The position numbers and the translations under genes are program-made. The notes below the pieces were generated by a model. It saw nothing but the letters and a program-made list of their open reading frames with translations. It was not told the origin of the DNA and did not search any database. Shown piece after piece: positions 44,833-55,677 of a stretch of DNA of 64,000 nucleotides. The DNA comes from Pseudogymnoascus verrucosus (Eukaryota). The stretch lies in the NCBI GenBank assembly GCA_001662655.1, contig KV460239.1; one strand, given 5' to 3'. Positions within the stretch are counted from its first letter, which is position 1. The number at the start of each line of letters is the position of its first letter.

Positions 44833-47091
44833 CTAGCTGTTCTTCGCGTAAGCAGCGTCGATGTCCTTCTTGTATGTGTCGACGATGAGGCGACGGTTGA
44901 GCTTTTGTGCCGAGGTGACGAAGTTCTGTAAAACCCATACGTTAGTATTTTATCATTCTACAGTAATCAAAGTCCATTTGTAAATAGAAAACTTACGTTT
45001 TGGGGTGTCCACTCCTCATCCGACATAACAACACCACTGATAATCTCAATCCCCGACAACCCTCCGGAGCGACCAGCATCCTGCAGCGCCTTGAGCACCG
45101 CACCCTGCAGCTTAGCATTATGCACGAGCTGCTCGAGGTTGCCCTCCTTGATGCCAATCGACGCCGCAAGCTTCTTCAGCGCCGGCTCGGCAGGCACAAT
45201 GATTGCGACGGGCTTGCTCTTCTGCTGATCGGCGTAGACGCAGATGTTGGCCACGACGGTCGCCGAGCGGTACACCGACTCCAGCTTCTCGAGCGCAATG
45301 TACTCGCCGTTCAGCGTCTTGATCAGGTTCTTCTTGCGGTCGACGATGTTGAGGTGGCCGTTGGTGTCCCACTCGCCAATGTCGCCCGTCTTGAACCAGC
45401 CGTCGGGGCCAAAGGCCGCCTTGGTCTCCTCCTCGTTCTTGTAGTACTCCTCAAACACGCTGTTCCCGCGGATCCAGATCTCACCCTGTGGCGAGGGCTT
45501 GTTGGTCGAGAAGTAGCCAGCCTCGGGGTAGTCGACGAGCTTGATCTCGATGGAGCCGGGGATGTCGCCCAGAGCCGAGTCGGTCCACTTCATGGGATCC
45601 ATAAGCGCGCCCATGGCGCAGGTCTCGGTGAGACCGTAGCCGTTGATCATGGGGCTGATCGAGAGGGAGATGAAGCGCTGCGTCTCCTTGGAGATTGGCC
45701 CACCGCCGTTCAGGCAGATTCGGAGTCTGCCACCAGTGGCCTCCTTCAGCTTCTTGAATACGACCGCATCGAGGACGCCGGCGCCCGGGAGGCCGTAAGA
45801 CATCATCATGCTCTTCAATGACATGGCTCCCCAGAACAGGTTCTTCACGATGGGGCTCCCGGCGTTGACCTTGGCGACAATGCCCTTCTTTACAGTCTCC
45901 CAGACAGCTGGTACTCCAACGAGAATGGTAGGCTTGCACTCGCGGATGTCGCCGTTGCAGTTCCTGACAGAGGAATCGGAGAGGGTCTTAGGGTTGCCGT
46001 AGCACATGGTTCCACCCCATCCCAGGCACGAGTTCTCAAAGACCATCTCAAGAATGTGAGCAAGTGGGAGGTATGCAAGAAGGGTGTCGCCTGGGCCAAT
46101 ATATCTCTCGATAATAACGTTCACGCCGGCAACTAGGCTTGGATTAGCAAACGTCAATGTGAAAACTGAGCGATTGGGGAAACTTACGTGCGGCAACGAC
46201 GTTCTTGTGCTTCAACGGAACACCCTTGGGGGTGCCCGTCGATCCGGAGGTGTACATGATACAGGCGAGGTCGTCGGGAGTGGGTGGCACTGCATCGACT
46301 GGGTTCTCTGCGCCCAGCGCGATGAGCTCGTCGATGCTGAGAACGGTCAAGTGGGGGTGGGCCTCCTTCAGGCGCGCGATATGTGCTGGGTTGACGTCGT
46401 GCTCGGTGTTGTAGATGACGTGGTTGATCTCCTTGGCCTCCTTTAGCGGATTGACGATGTTGAGGAGAAGGTGGGGGTCAAGGAAGATAGCGTTAGCGCC
46501 AGTGGCCACCAGAGAGTGCTTCAGTCCCTCCTCGCCCAGGGTATCGTAGGCCGTGACGATGGGCATCGATTGCGATGCAGCACCGTGAGACATGGCCAGC
46601 CAGTGGGCGCTGGTCGCAGCGAAGATGTGTACGCGGTTGTCCTTGACCATGCCGAGCTTCCTCAGGCCAGCGCCAATGTCGATGACCATCTTCTCGTACT
46701 CGATGAAGGTGCGGTAGGTGTATCCGCTGAGCTCAAAGTATGTCCAGACCTTGTCCTGCTCGGTCTCAACGCCATCGATCATCCTCTTGATGCGCTTGGT
46801 CTCCTTGTGGGTCTTGAGCAGCTTGCGCGTGCCGATGGCCTTTGCGTTGCCATACTTGCGGGCTGCTACCTTGACAACATCGAAGAGTGTGGCAACATCG
46901 GGGAATGGACGAGTGACGAGGCGGTCCTGGAGGTCTGGGTTACGGCGAGGAAGGGTCTCGCCCTCAACAGGCGCGGCGCCCTCGACCTCTTTGGAGAATG
47001 GGGGTGACCTGACGATGCGTGGCTGGACGGTAGCCTTCTTCAGCTGCGGGTGGTCGTTGATGTGCGGGAGCTCGGAAACGACGTCCGTCAT
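44833..47091 (-). CDS. Long-chain fatty acyl-CoA synthetase (Faa1/Faa4-like); exons 47091-46188, 46132-44997, 44925-44833
   Basis: AMP-binding IMYTSGSTGTPKGV, YLPLAHILE, GYGLTET, DGWFKTGDIGEW..DRKKNLIKTLNGEYIALEKLE, FVTSAQKLNR. Confidence 0.96.
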
Positions 47092-49093
47092 GGTGAAGGT
47101 TGTTGTGTGTGTGATGAGTGATGAGAGCTGTGGAGGCTATTTGCAAGAGGGAAATGAAGCTTCAGTTCAGAGAGCTCCTAGCAGGATCTGGAGAGAAAGA
47201 CAGGTATTAGCGGGGAGAAGCTAGGCAGATGGGGGGGGTGGTTTATAGTCACTGACAGTATCAAGTGCAGATAGATGATGATGATGATGCTTGTGATGGG
47301 CCGAGGAGGAAGAGAAGGAAGGAGTAGGAGTAGTAATTGGGGAGAGGGGGTTTTGGGTAAGAGATGGAAGGAGCAAGCAATAATGGGCTCTTTGGGGAAA
47401 GGTACTTCCTTGCTCTAGTTGTTTTGGTGGGTTTACAAAGTAGATCCCTGTTTTTGGATGTTTGGGGGGGGGTGGGTAGGAGCAGTATTGAAGGGAGGTG
47501 GAGCTGTAGGAGCAGGGATGTTGGGAGTTTGTTGGGGTAACGCGATACGTTAACCCGCACTTTCCGTAGTCAGGTATGAAGTCAGCCACCACTAACTACT
47601 GCAGCTGTAGGGTGGTAGAGTGGTCTAGTCGCTTAGTTCTCGTGCCGCCTTAAAGTCTAGAGAAGAGTGTATATAATGTCTAGAATAGATCAGTGTTTAC
47701 AGCAACTGTAGTTCAAGCAAAGGCGTTCTGTCACTTAGGGCTACAACTAAACAGGGTAGCTGCTTAGAGACGGAACTAGAGTGGGAAGTCCTATCAGCTT
47801 GAGTTGTTAGTAGTATGTGAATCTTTAGCAATAGAAGCCCCTCCCCTAGAGTATTATATTAGGCAGCGCGAGTAGTCGTCTAACCAGACCCCATTAGAGT
47901 AATAGAGCAGATCAAATCATTATGTCGGTTACTATGAGAGGGATGTCGGCGGCTGTAAGTGGCTATAGTGGTTATAGTGGCTGTAATGGCTGTAAGAGGC
48001 TTGGGGGCTGTGGGCTTGGGCTGGGCCTAAAGAAGGCTGGGCATAGTAACGTCAATATATTGCCGCCGTATGCTTTAGATTGTAGCTGCATATGTACTCT
48101 GGGATGTACTGTACCAGGGGCGACGGTTGTACTGTGGCTACCTAGTAGGCTCTAGGTAGAGTGAAGACTGAGATGCTATACAGAAATAGATACTCGAGTA
48201 TAGTAGTGGTTCTTCTGTTTCTTCTCTAGGGGGTAATAGGAATACTGATACCTTCTACAGCCATCTCAAGCGCCCAGCTCGGTCCCTCTACCCCGCCCAA
48301 GCCATTTCTACGGCGATCACTAGTAGTCCACTTTCCTACACTATCTATAGGCAGCCTGAATTACAAAGTAAGACACTAATACGGCAAGCCACAGGTGTGC
48401 ACACCTGCCCCCGGCCCTCCGCATTCTGCGCTTCTCTCTCGGCAAGAGCACCCCAGCTCAAAACAGGCGAGAGGCGGCCAGGCCACTCTTGCCGGACAAG
48501 TCACGAGACCTAAATCCGTAAACTAGGAAACGACGACACACAGCCTTGCATATACCCATCGACTCCCTATAGAAAACAGTATATAGCATCAGTTTACAGA
48601 AAAATCTCAACAATAGCCATCCCCTGTACCAACACCAACAAAATGCGGCCTTACGCCAGGGATCAATAGCGGATCTACATCTACAATTCACCCGTCATCC
48701 ATCCCTATCAGCAAATCCCTCCGCCGAGCTTCCCCGTACCTAGGTAGCCGAGGCCCACGCCCGCTTGCCAAGGTCCCTCGTGGTCAATCCCTCGCTAAAA
48801 CCTCGTGTGCATCGCCGAGCTACGAGTGACAAGAGGGACACAAGAAGCCGAGCCTGCACTTGGGCCTCCTGCTGTACCCAGCCGAACTCTCTTCCCCAGA
48901 TCCTAGGTCGTTGGCCTAGGTAACACGTGACAAGGTTAACTTGTGGGCGGGATAAACTTTGTTCCTCATGCTAGTCCTCGGTTACACGTGACGAGGCTGC
49001 AGGCTCATGCAGCCTCGTTCACATTATCCCCTCATCGTAATCTTGATAAGAAAAAGATGCTAGGATATCTAATATCCACAGCATCACACACAC

Positions 49094-50326
49094 ATGACGG
49101 TCGAATCCCTCCTCCGAGCCCTCGGGGACGAGATTGAAGATGCGGAAGAAGGCAAGTTCTCTTTACTCTCCTTACTCTCAATCTCTTCATCCATACAAAT
49201 CACTTATTCACCCCTCCTTCTCACTTTCTTCCCCTCCCCTACCCCCACCTCACTAACACCCACCCCCTTCAGAATCCTTCCTCCTCTTCTCCCAACCCAT
49301 CCCCTCCCAAAACCTAGGTTTCGTCGACCAAACCGCCACCTCAATCGACCTCACCATCGCCGGCCGCGACCTCACCATCTACCAATCCCCCACTATCCTC
49401 TCCTCCACTCGTGGCGGCGGCACTACAGGCGCAGGTACGATTTTCCCCTCCTTCCCTCCCTGCTTCCTTCTCCCTCCACATAAGCCAACTAACCCCCTAC
49501 AGTTCTCTGGAAAATCACCCCCCTGGTCGCAACCTGGCTCTCATCCCCCACCAACCCCTTCACCACCCACTCAGTCTTCACTCCCTCGTCCACCGTCCTC
49601 GAACTCGGCTCCGGCATCTCGGGCGTAATCGCGCTCGCTCTATCACCCAGCGTCAGCTCCTATACACTCACAGACCAGTCCTATGTCCTAAAGTTGTTAC
49701 GGCAGAATATCTCTTCCAACCTTCCCTCTCTCACTAGGAAGTCGAAACCCAGCAATAACAGTAACTCGTCGAAATCGAAAGCAAAAGCGAAATCTAAGCG
49801 CGGCGCTACACAGGCCGCTGCTACAGAGGGTGGCGAGGGTGGAGAAGGAGGGGAGGGAGACTCGAATATACAGATTAAGACACTAGACTGGGAGACAGAT
49901 GAGGTAGCCGGCTTACTTCCGGGAGGAGGGAGTTTTGACGCAGTGATTGCGTGTGATTGCATATACAATGATGCCTTAATCGAGCCACTCGTACAGGCCT
50001 GTGTTGATGCCTGTCGGTTACGTGAGAGGGAACGAAAGGCCCACCGCGATAGCGACGACACGACAACAACCGCCAGCAACAGCGCCAACAACTCCAATGC
50101 CCAAACCAACAGCGGCGGCGGAGGGGGTGAAGCTGCGGAGTTGGGGAATGTAGAGGGAAAGACAGTCTGTATTATAGCGCAGCAGTTGCGCTCAGATCAG
50201 GTCTTTGAAGGGTGGCTTACGGCGTTTAAAGAGTCGTTCCGGGTGTGGAGAGTTCCGGACGAGGTTGCGGGGGTGGGATTGAGGGGCGGAGAAGGGTTCG
50301 TTGTTCACGTTGGTGTTTTGCGGTAG
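49094..50326 (+). CDS. Seven-beta-strand lysine methyltransferase (Methyltransf_16, Rkm5-like); exons 49094-49151, 49273-49434, 49503-50326; first intron GC-AG
   Basis: Spliced DAEEESFLLFSQPIPSQNLGFVD, QSPTILSSTRGGGTTGAVLWK, SAM motif VLELGSGISG, TDQ, LDWE, IACDCIYN, AQQLRS. Confidence 0.88.
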
Positions 50327-50641
50327 AGCGGAGAGTTTAAGAGGAGTTGGATGAAGGAGGTGTTGAGGGTATGTGAAATGGCTTTTTAGGTCTTATACCA
50401 ATATGGCCACTGCTCCCCGGATTGCCCAAGTGAGCCTGCACCAGCGAAAGCTCGGCAAGCAGCCCGAGATCTTTCTACGTAAAGCTGGAATAGAATACAG
50501 CAATGCAGAGACAAATATATATGCTATGACAACTAGTCATCAGCCGCGACGGATGCTCCCCTAGACTTTGTTGGGGACTAGGGGAGAACCACAGAGGTAG
50601 TGACAGCATCTACATAAAAGAAATAGGCGGGGATTTACCAC

Positions 50642-50782
50642 GTTACACGAGTTGTGTTCTGGTTCGTTACACGAGTTATGTTTCTGTTACACGAGTTGTG
50701 CTCCCGTTAGTTACACGAGCTATGTTACAGGAGTTGGGTTCTAGCCCGTTACACAAGTTGTGTCCCTACACAACTCGTGTAA
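50642..50782. repeat. Array of six direct GTTACACGAGTTGTG-like repeats plus one inverted copy
   Basis: Copies at 50642, 50666, 50686, 50710, 50724, 50748; inverted ACACAACTCGTGTAA at 50768-50782. Confidence 0.9.
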
Positions 50783-51614
50783 AGTGCTAAAGCCCCAGCC
50801 TATGTCTTTTAACAACTCACCTACCAAATGGACTAGCCCGAAAATGGATGAGTTTAGGTTATTAGTAGTGTTATATAACAGGGTCGTATTACTTACTTGC
50901 TACCTTTCTCCTATAATATAGTAGCCCATGCCTATACATGCTCAAATAGTGTACTGCCTATAAGCTTTACTTTAATATCTTCCTACTCCATGAAATCCTC
51001 GCTACCGTATGCATTTAAGCGCACGACCTCTCCTGCTCTTAAATCTACGCTTAGTTAGAAAATGATCGATAGCCACCTGCTTATACGAACATCCTAGGAC
51101 GTTACTCCGTTATTTAGCCCATCTTTAATGTAAAATATGGTGCTTGAGCGTGTTACCTATACTAGGGTAGTAATGATATATATCACCCATACTCTGCTAG
51201 TAGGGCAGAAATGATGTGCAGGAACATAACTCCTACAAAGTGATAAACCCCTTCCACATACTAGTAGTCTATCTAGCATATATTTAGACGTTGTAAGAAC
51301 TATAATACATGGTATCTCTACTTTTTGCAAAGAGGGACTATATGCAATAGCTAGTGTTTATAACAACTGTAATCTTAAAGCTACAGGCAAGCCTTTTAAA
51401 ACTTCGAGACCGCAAGAGTAAATTCACGTGGGACTTGTCGCTACATGTTTGTCACTTAAGATATACTTATATTCAGCCAAGTTGACTATGCCTCCATCCC
51501 CCTAACCAAACAACGCCATCCCACCAACCCTTTTTCCCATTTACCCCTCCCTCCCTTACCCAACCAGCCAACCCCCCTTAAAACACCAAACCCAAACCAG
51601 ACAAACCAACCCCT

Positions 51615-53758
51615 CTACCAAGACTCCCACATCTGATCCCCCACCGCCACAACCCTATTAAAAAGTTCATCCCTCATCCCCACCGCCGTCAACAAAAACT
51701 CCCCCTCGCTACCCACAACCACCATCCCATCCGCGACCTCCCTCCCCGTCGCCCATCCCACAACCATCTTCCCTCCCCACCCCAACCCCCCAACCTTCTT
51801 CACCTCCTTAATCCCGCTCACATCAACACTCCACTCCTTACTCCCCCCCTCCTTCGTCCACCTCAACACCGGCTTCATACCGTCCGTGTCAAGAACAGCA
51901 CACCCCCTCGACCCCTTATACCTAGCCGGGAAACTCCTCGGTCCAGCAGGGGGGAGAGGCGAAGATGGTACGACACCGAGGCGCTTCTTAGCGTGCGGTG
52001 CACCGGCTGCGGCTTTAAGTCTATCAGCACCTATCATAGTCTCCACGCCGCCGCGGACGGTGCTGCGGAGGAAGGCGACAAAGTGACGGCCACGCTTTTT
52101 GGGTTTCTCTTTCTCTTCTTTTTTGGCCAATGCCTTTTCTTTCCCCATTTCTGGTGAAGGGTTGACGGCGGCGTCTATCTCGGATTGGGAAGCATCTAGG
52201 TATGTTAGCTCATCTCTCTTGACGTCTATAATGGTAATGGGGTTAAGCAACTCACCTAAATGCTCGAGGCCCTCCCCAGCCGTCTCATGCGGAACATCGT
52301 GTAGCTCCTCGTGCCCCTCCGGCGGCGGCGGTAACGGCGCTTTATGCTTCTCCCCCACCCTGAGCAACGTAATCATCAACTGCGCATTCGTCGGGACACC
52401 CTTCAACAACGAATTCCTCAACCTCAACATACGCTGCCAATCCGGATTCTTAGCATCCAACCACTCAATCGCCCTCTCAATAATCGGCCCCCCAAAAAAC
52501 CCAAACCCAACCGCAAACGAAGTCCCCTTGACAACCGCATGCGCGCTGGTAAACAATGACACGATCAGGAGCGGGGAGAGGATCGCAGCGAGCCTTATTC
52601 GCGGCGCGAGTAATGGGAATGGTGCGGTGGGAGATAAAGCGTTTGCTAGCCGTTCGTAGGTATCCGTGGTGTCAGAAATGGCGCGCATGACGGGGCGCGC
52701 TTTCGCCCACATAGCTGCTGACATGGGTTCTTTCGTTTTATCGCCCTTACCACCGTGTTTTCCTCCCGCGGCTTTCGTCTGTGCATCCGCGGCTTTGAGG
52801 GGGGCTTCAGTGGGGTCGGGGACTGCGGCGTCGAGGGTGCTTTCTTCCCCTTCGGCAGAAGAGGAGGACGAGGGAGGGGGTTGGTTCCCTTTTCCTGCTG
52901 CGCTGCTAATAACAATTGCTGAGAAAGCAGTTACGAAGTTTGAGGCTTCCTGTTCTACTGCCTCTCCAGGGTGACTTTCAGGCGCGCCGGTGAGGGAGTC
53001 ATCACTCCCCAGAACCCCGGCAGCCGGACTCTGAACGCCCCCGCTTGAGGAATCAATCAACGCTAACGGCGCTGGCGGGAAAGCAATCTCTCTTGTGCTC
53101 GGCACGAGGATAAGGACCATCATGAAAGCGGCAATGGTAGGCACGAGTAGGTTATACACCCATGCCACGCCGTAGACAGCGAGGAACGCCATCGTGCGGG
53201 GTCGCTCGCGCCAGGACCGAAGACGAGCGATGTGTTTCACGGCAGTCATGGTGCCGACGATCATGGTCATGTAGAGGCGCTCTATAGTAGCGCGGAGTTT
53301 ATCCGGAGAGAATTCCTCGATAGGGGAGATATTTAGATCCAGGGCGTCCATGGGCGGTGTGGGGGTTGTTTTGACATGTTGGATTTGCTGGTCAGGGGGT
53401 TAGTTGTGCTGTTGGAAAAGGGAAGGGGGTCTGTTACTTTGTTAAAACGCCGCAGGAGCACCCAGAGGTCGTCGTTAGGGAGTCCGGCGATGAGAGGGCG
53501 TGGAATGGAGCCGGAGTCGTTGTGCCATCCCAGATCGCGCACGGAGGATGCGCTGTGGGTTTGCGCGTACCCCTTTTCCTCCGGCTCAGCGGCTGCGAGG
53601 GCATGACTATCTGTTGGTAGGTCCTCTGATGTTCTGTCGACAGGTCTGACGGCCTGGATAGGTTGGAGTTGTGGGCCGATGGGGTTATCATAACTTCTCG
53701 CAGGCGCCAACGGCGCCAACGGCGCCTGCTCCCCAGCGGTAGGTGTTCCGCTTTCCAT
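51615..53758 (-). CDS. DUF3292-family membrane protein; exons 53758-53438, 53387-52256, 52195-51615
   Basis: VRDLGWH..PLIAGLPNDDLWVLLRRFNKQ, LDLN..EEFSPDKLRATIERLYMT, RLRSWRE..RT, LKGVPTNAQL.ITLLRVGE, FPARYKG, KKVGGLGWGGK, RDELFNR. Confidence 0.85.
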
Positions 53759-54494
53759 TCTGGAAACTATAAAGTTGTTCTACGTTATAATGCGTCCTCG
53801 CTTTGGGACTTGCATGTGTTTTGAGGTAATGCCAATGGGCAAGGGGGGCGCTGAGATGTTTTAATTCTCAAAGCCGGGCCCAGGCACAGGGGATGGAGGG
53901 GTTGTGATGTCATAGCTTCCGCCACATCCTTGTACTGATAGATCCAGCTACAACTCACTCCACTTTTGGATCTGGGCACGAGCCTGGGCACGATGGGAGC
54001 GAATGTGGGATTTTAGGATTGTATTGCGATTGAATTTCTAGGGCAGTATGTTTTATTTTATGGACGCAGCCCGAAATAGCCTCATTGCCCATGGTATTCT
54101 TCAAATATAGTCCTCTGCCTTCCTCACTAGCAATATCAATCTACCCACCTTCCAGCCGCCTTTCAAGCCGTTTCGCCTGGCTACTACATCTACCCGCTTT
54201 TTAATTTGGTAGGCAAGGGGTAGATATATGGTAGTTATAGTTCTGACGACCGGAATGTTTATTGTACTCAGAGTTACAAGACACCCGGAAGGCACGAGCA
54301 CTCATAAAGCCAGTAAAACATTATATTCGTCAGCCGTTAGAAGCCATGCCTATGCCTATGTCCATGCCATCCAGCAATTTGTCCATTTCTTCCATCATAA
54401 CCTCATAATAACCCTCCCATGACCCAGCCAAGCCCAATCCCAATCCCATGCTCATGTCCCAATCCCGCCATCCCCCATCTCCCCAATCATCTCC

Positions 54495-54842
54495 CTACTG
54501 CGCACCCCCATTCTTCTCCGAAAACCCCGCCTTCTCACCCTCCCCCACCCCACTCATCTGCAACGCCCTCTTCCAATCCTGCTTATCCCAGCTCTGCGTA
54601 CGTCCATACTTCGGCTTCCACCCCTCCTTCCCCTCTTCCTTCCCTCCAGCCCCCTCACCAGCAGCGCGATGAGCCAGCCCTTGTGCCTGCTCTGACTTGA
54701 AGACCGCGGAGTGTGGGTCTGCGGATGTGTCGTCGAGGGGAGAGCGGAGGATGGGTGCTTGTGCGTCGGGTTCGAGGGGCGTGACGGAGAGGGGGGAGTG
54801 GGGTGTTTTGGTGGTGGAGGGGTGAGTTTGATGGGTTGACAT
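54495..54842 (-). CDS. Small hydrophilic hypothetical protein (115 aa)
   Basis: Good start context (CACCATG); C-terminal WKPKYGRTQSWDKQDWKRALQM..GFSE resembles a recalled conserved motif in small Pezizomycotina proteins. Confidence 0.65.
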   Translation of the reverse strand: MSTHQTHPSTTKTPHSPLSVTPLEPDAQAPILRSPLDDTSADPHSAVFKSEQAQGLAHRAAGEGAGGKEEGKEGWKPKYGRTQSWDKQDWKRALQMSGVGEGEKAGFSEKNGGAQ

Positions 54843-55677
54843 GGTGGATTCTCGGGTTTGGATGGTGGTTTGGTATGTGATCGATATGTTGATGTGGTGT
54901 TGAAGGGTGGCGAAAGTGTGTGTTCTGGAGATAGTTAGTTGAGACGCGTCTATTTCGTTGGTTGAGTTGGAGATGAGAACGTACTGAGTAGTGGGGTTGG
55001 TGGTGGTATTATAGGTAGATTAAACAATTGATTCACTTTGAGATGGAGAGCTGGAGGAGACGTGATTGTTATACAAGAATCAGTATTTAGGGAGATTGAC
55101 AACTACAAATTGTCGTATTGCCTCCTATCGAAAGCCACAAGTATCCTTGCTTCGAGACATTGGAAATACGATATACGACCAGTGACGTTGTCAGTTACGA
55201 ATCAGGACTAGCGCGCGGTTACAACTGCGCTAACCATCTAGTGCGGGGAACTTTCTTCGATAAGCGTGGGAAGCCGATAAGAGCTTTCCCATAACGTTTT
55301 AGCGCAACCAGCAAACGGAAACGTCTTTTTCTCACAACAACGTTAAAGGGCCATCCCAAGTCACTCATTTATATCATCAAGTCATCGGTTTTCATCGGAA
55401 TTTCTCTTTGAATTCGACCCCCTATTCTTTCTACAAGAGTTACTCTCAAGTAACTAATGTCCGCCTACACCTGCGATTATTGGAGAGACCACCGCCGCCA
55501 TGGTATTGACTCGCGCGCAAACGGAAATAAAAAAATCAAACAAAAACTCCTTGGCTATGCAGCTTGGTGTGGTAATATAAACTCTGACGGTAAGGGTTCT
55601 GGCGTAGGTGCCATATTTCATATACAGTAAGTCGGATCGGTTGCCGCTCGAAATATGCAGCATTCACTTGCTTTCAA

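Noticed and set aside
50642..50782. CRISPR-like appearance of the repeat array
   Set aside because: Eukaryotic context, 15-bp repeats with 0-9-nt spacers, no cas genes.
55170..55200. ATACGACCA resembling the 5' end of 5S rRNA
   Set aside because: The match stops after 9 nt; no box A/C or 3' stem.
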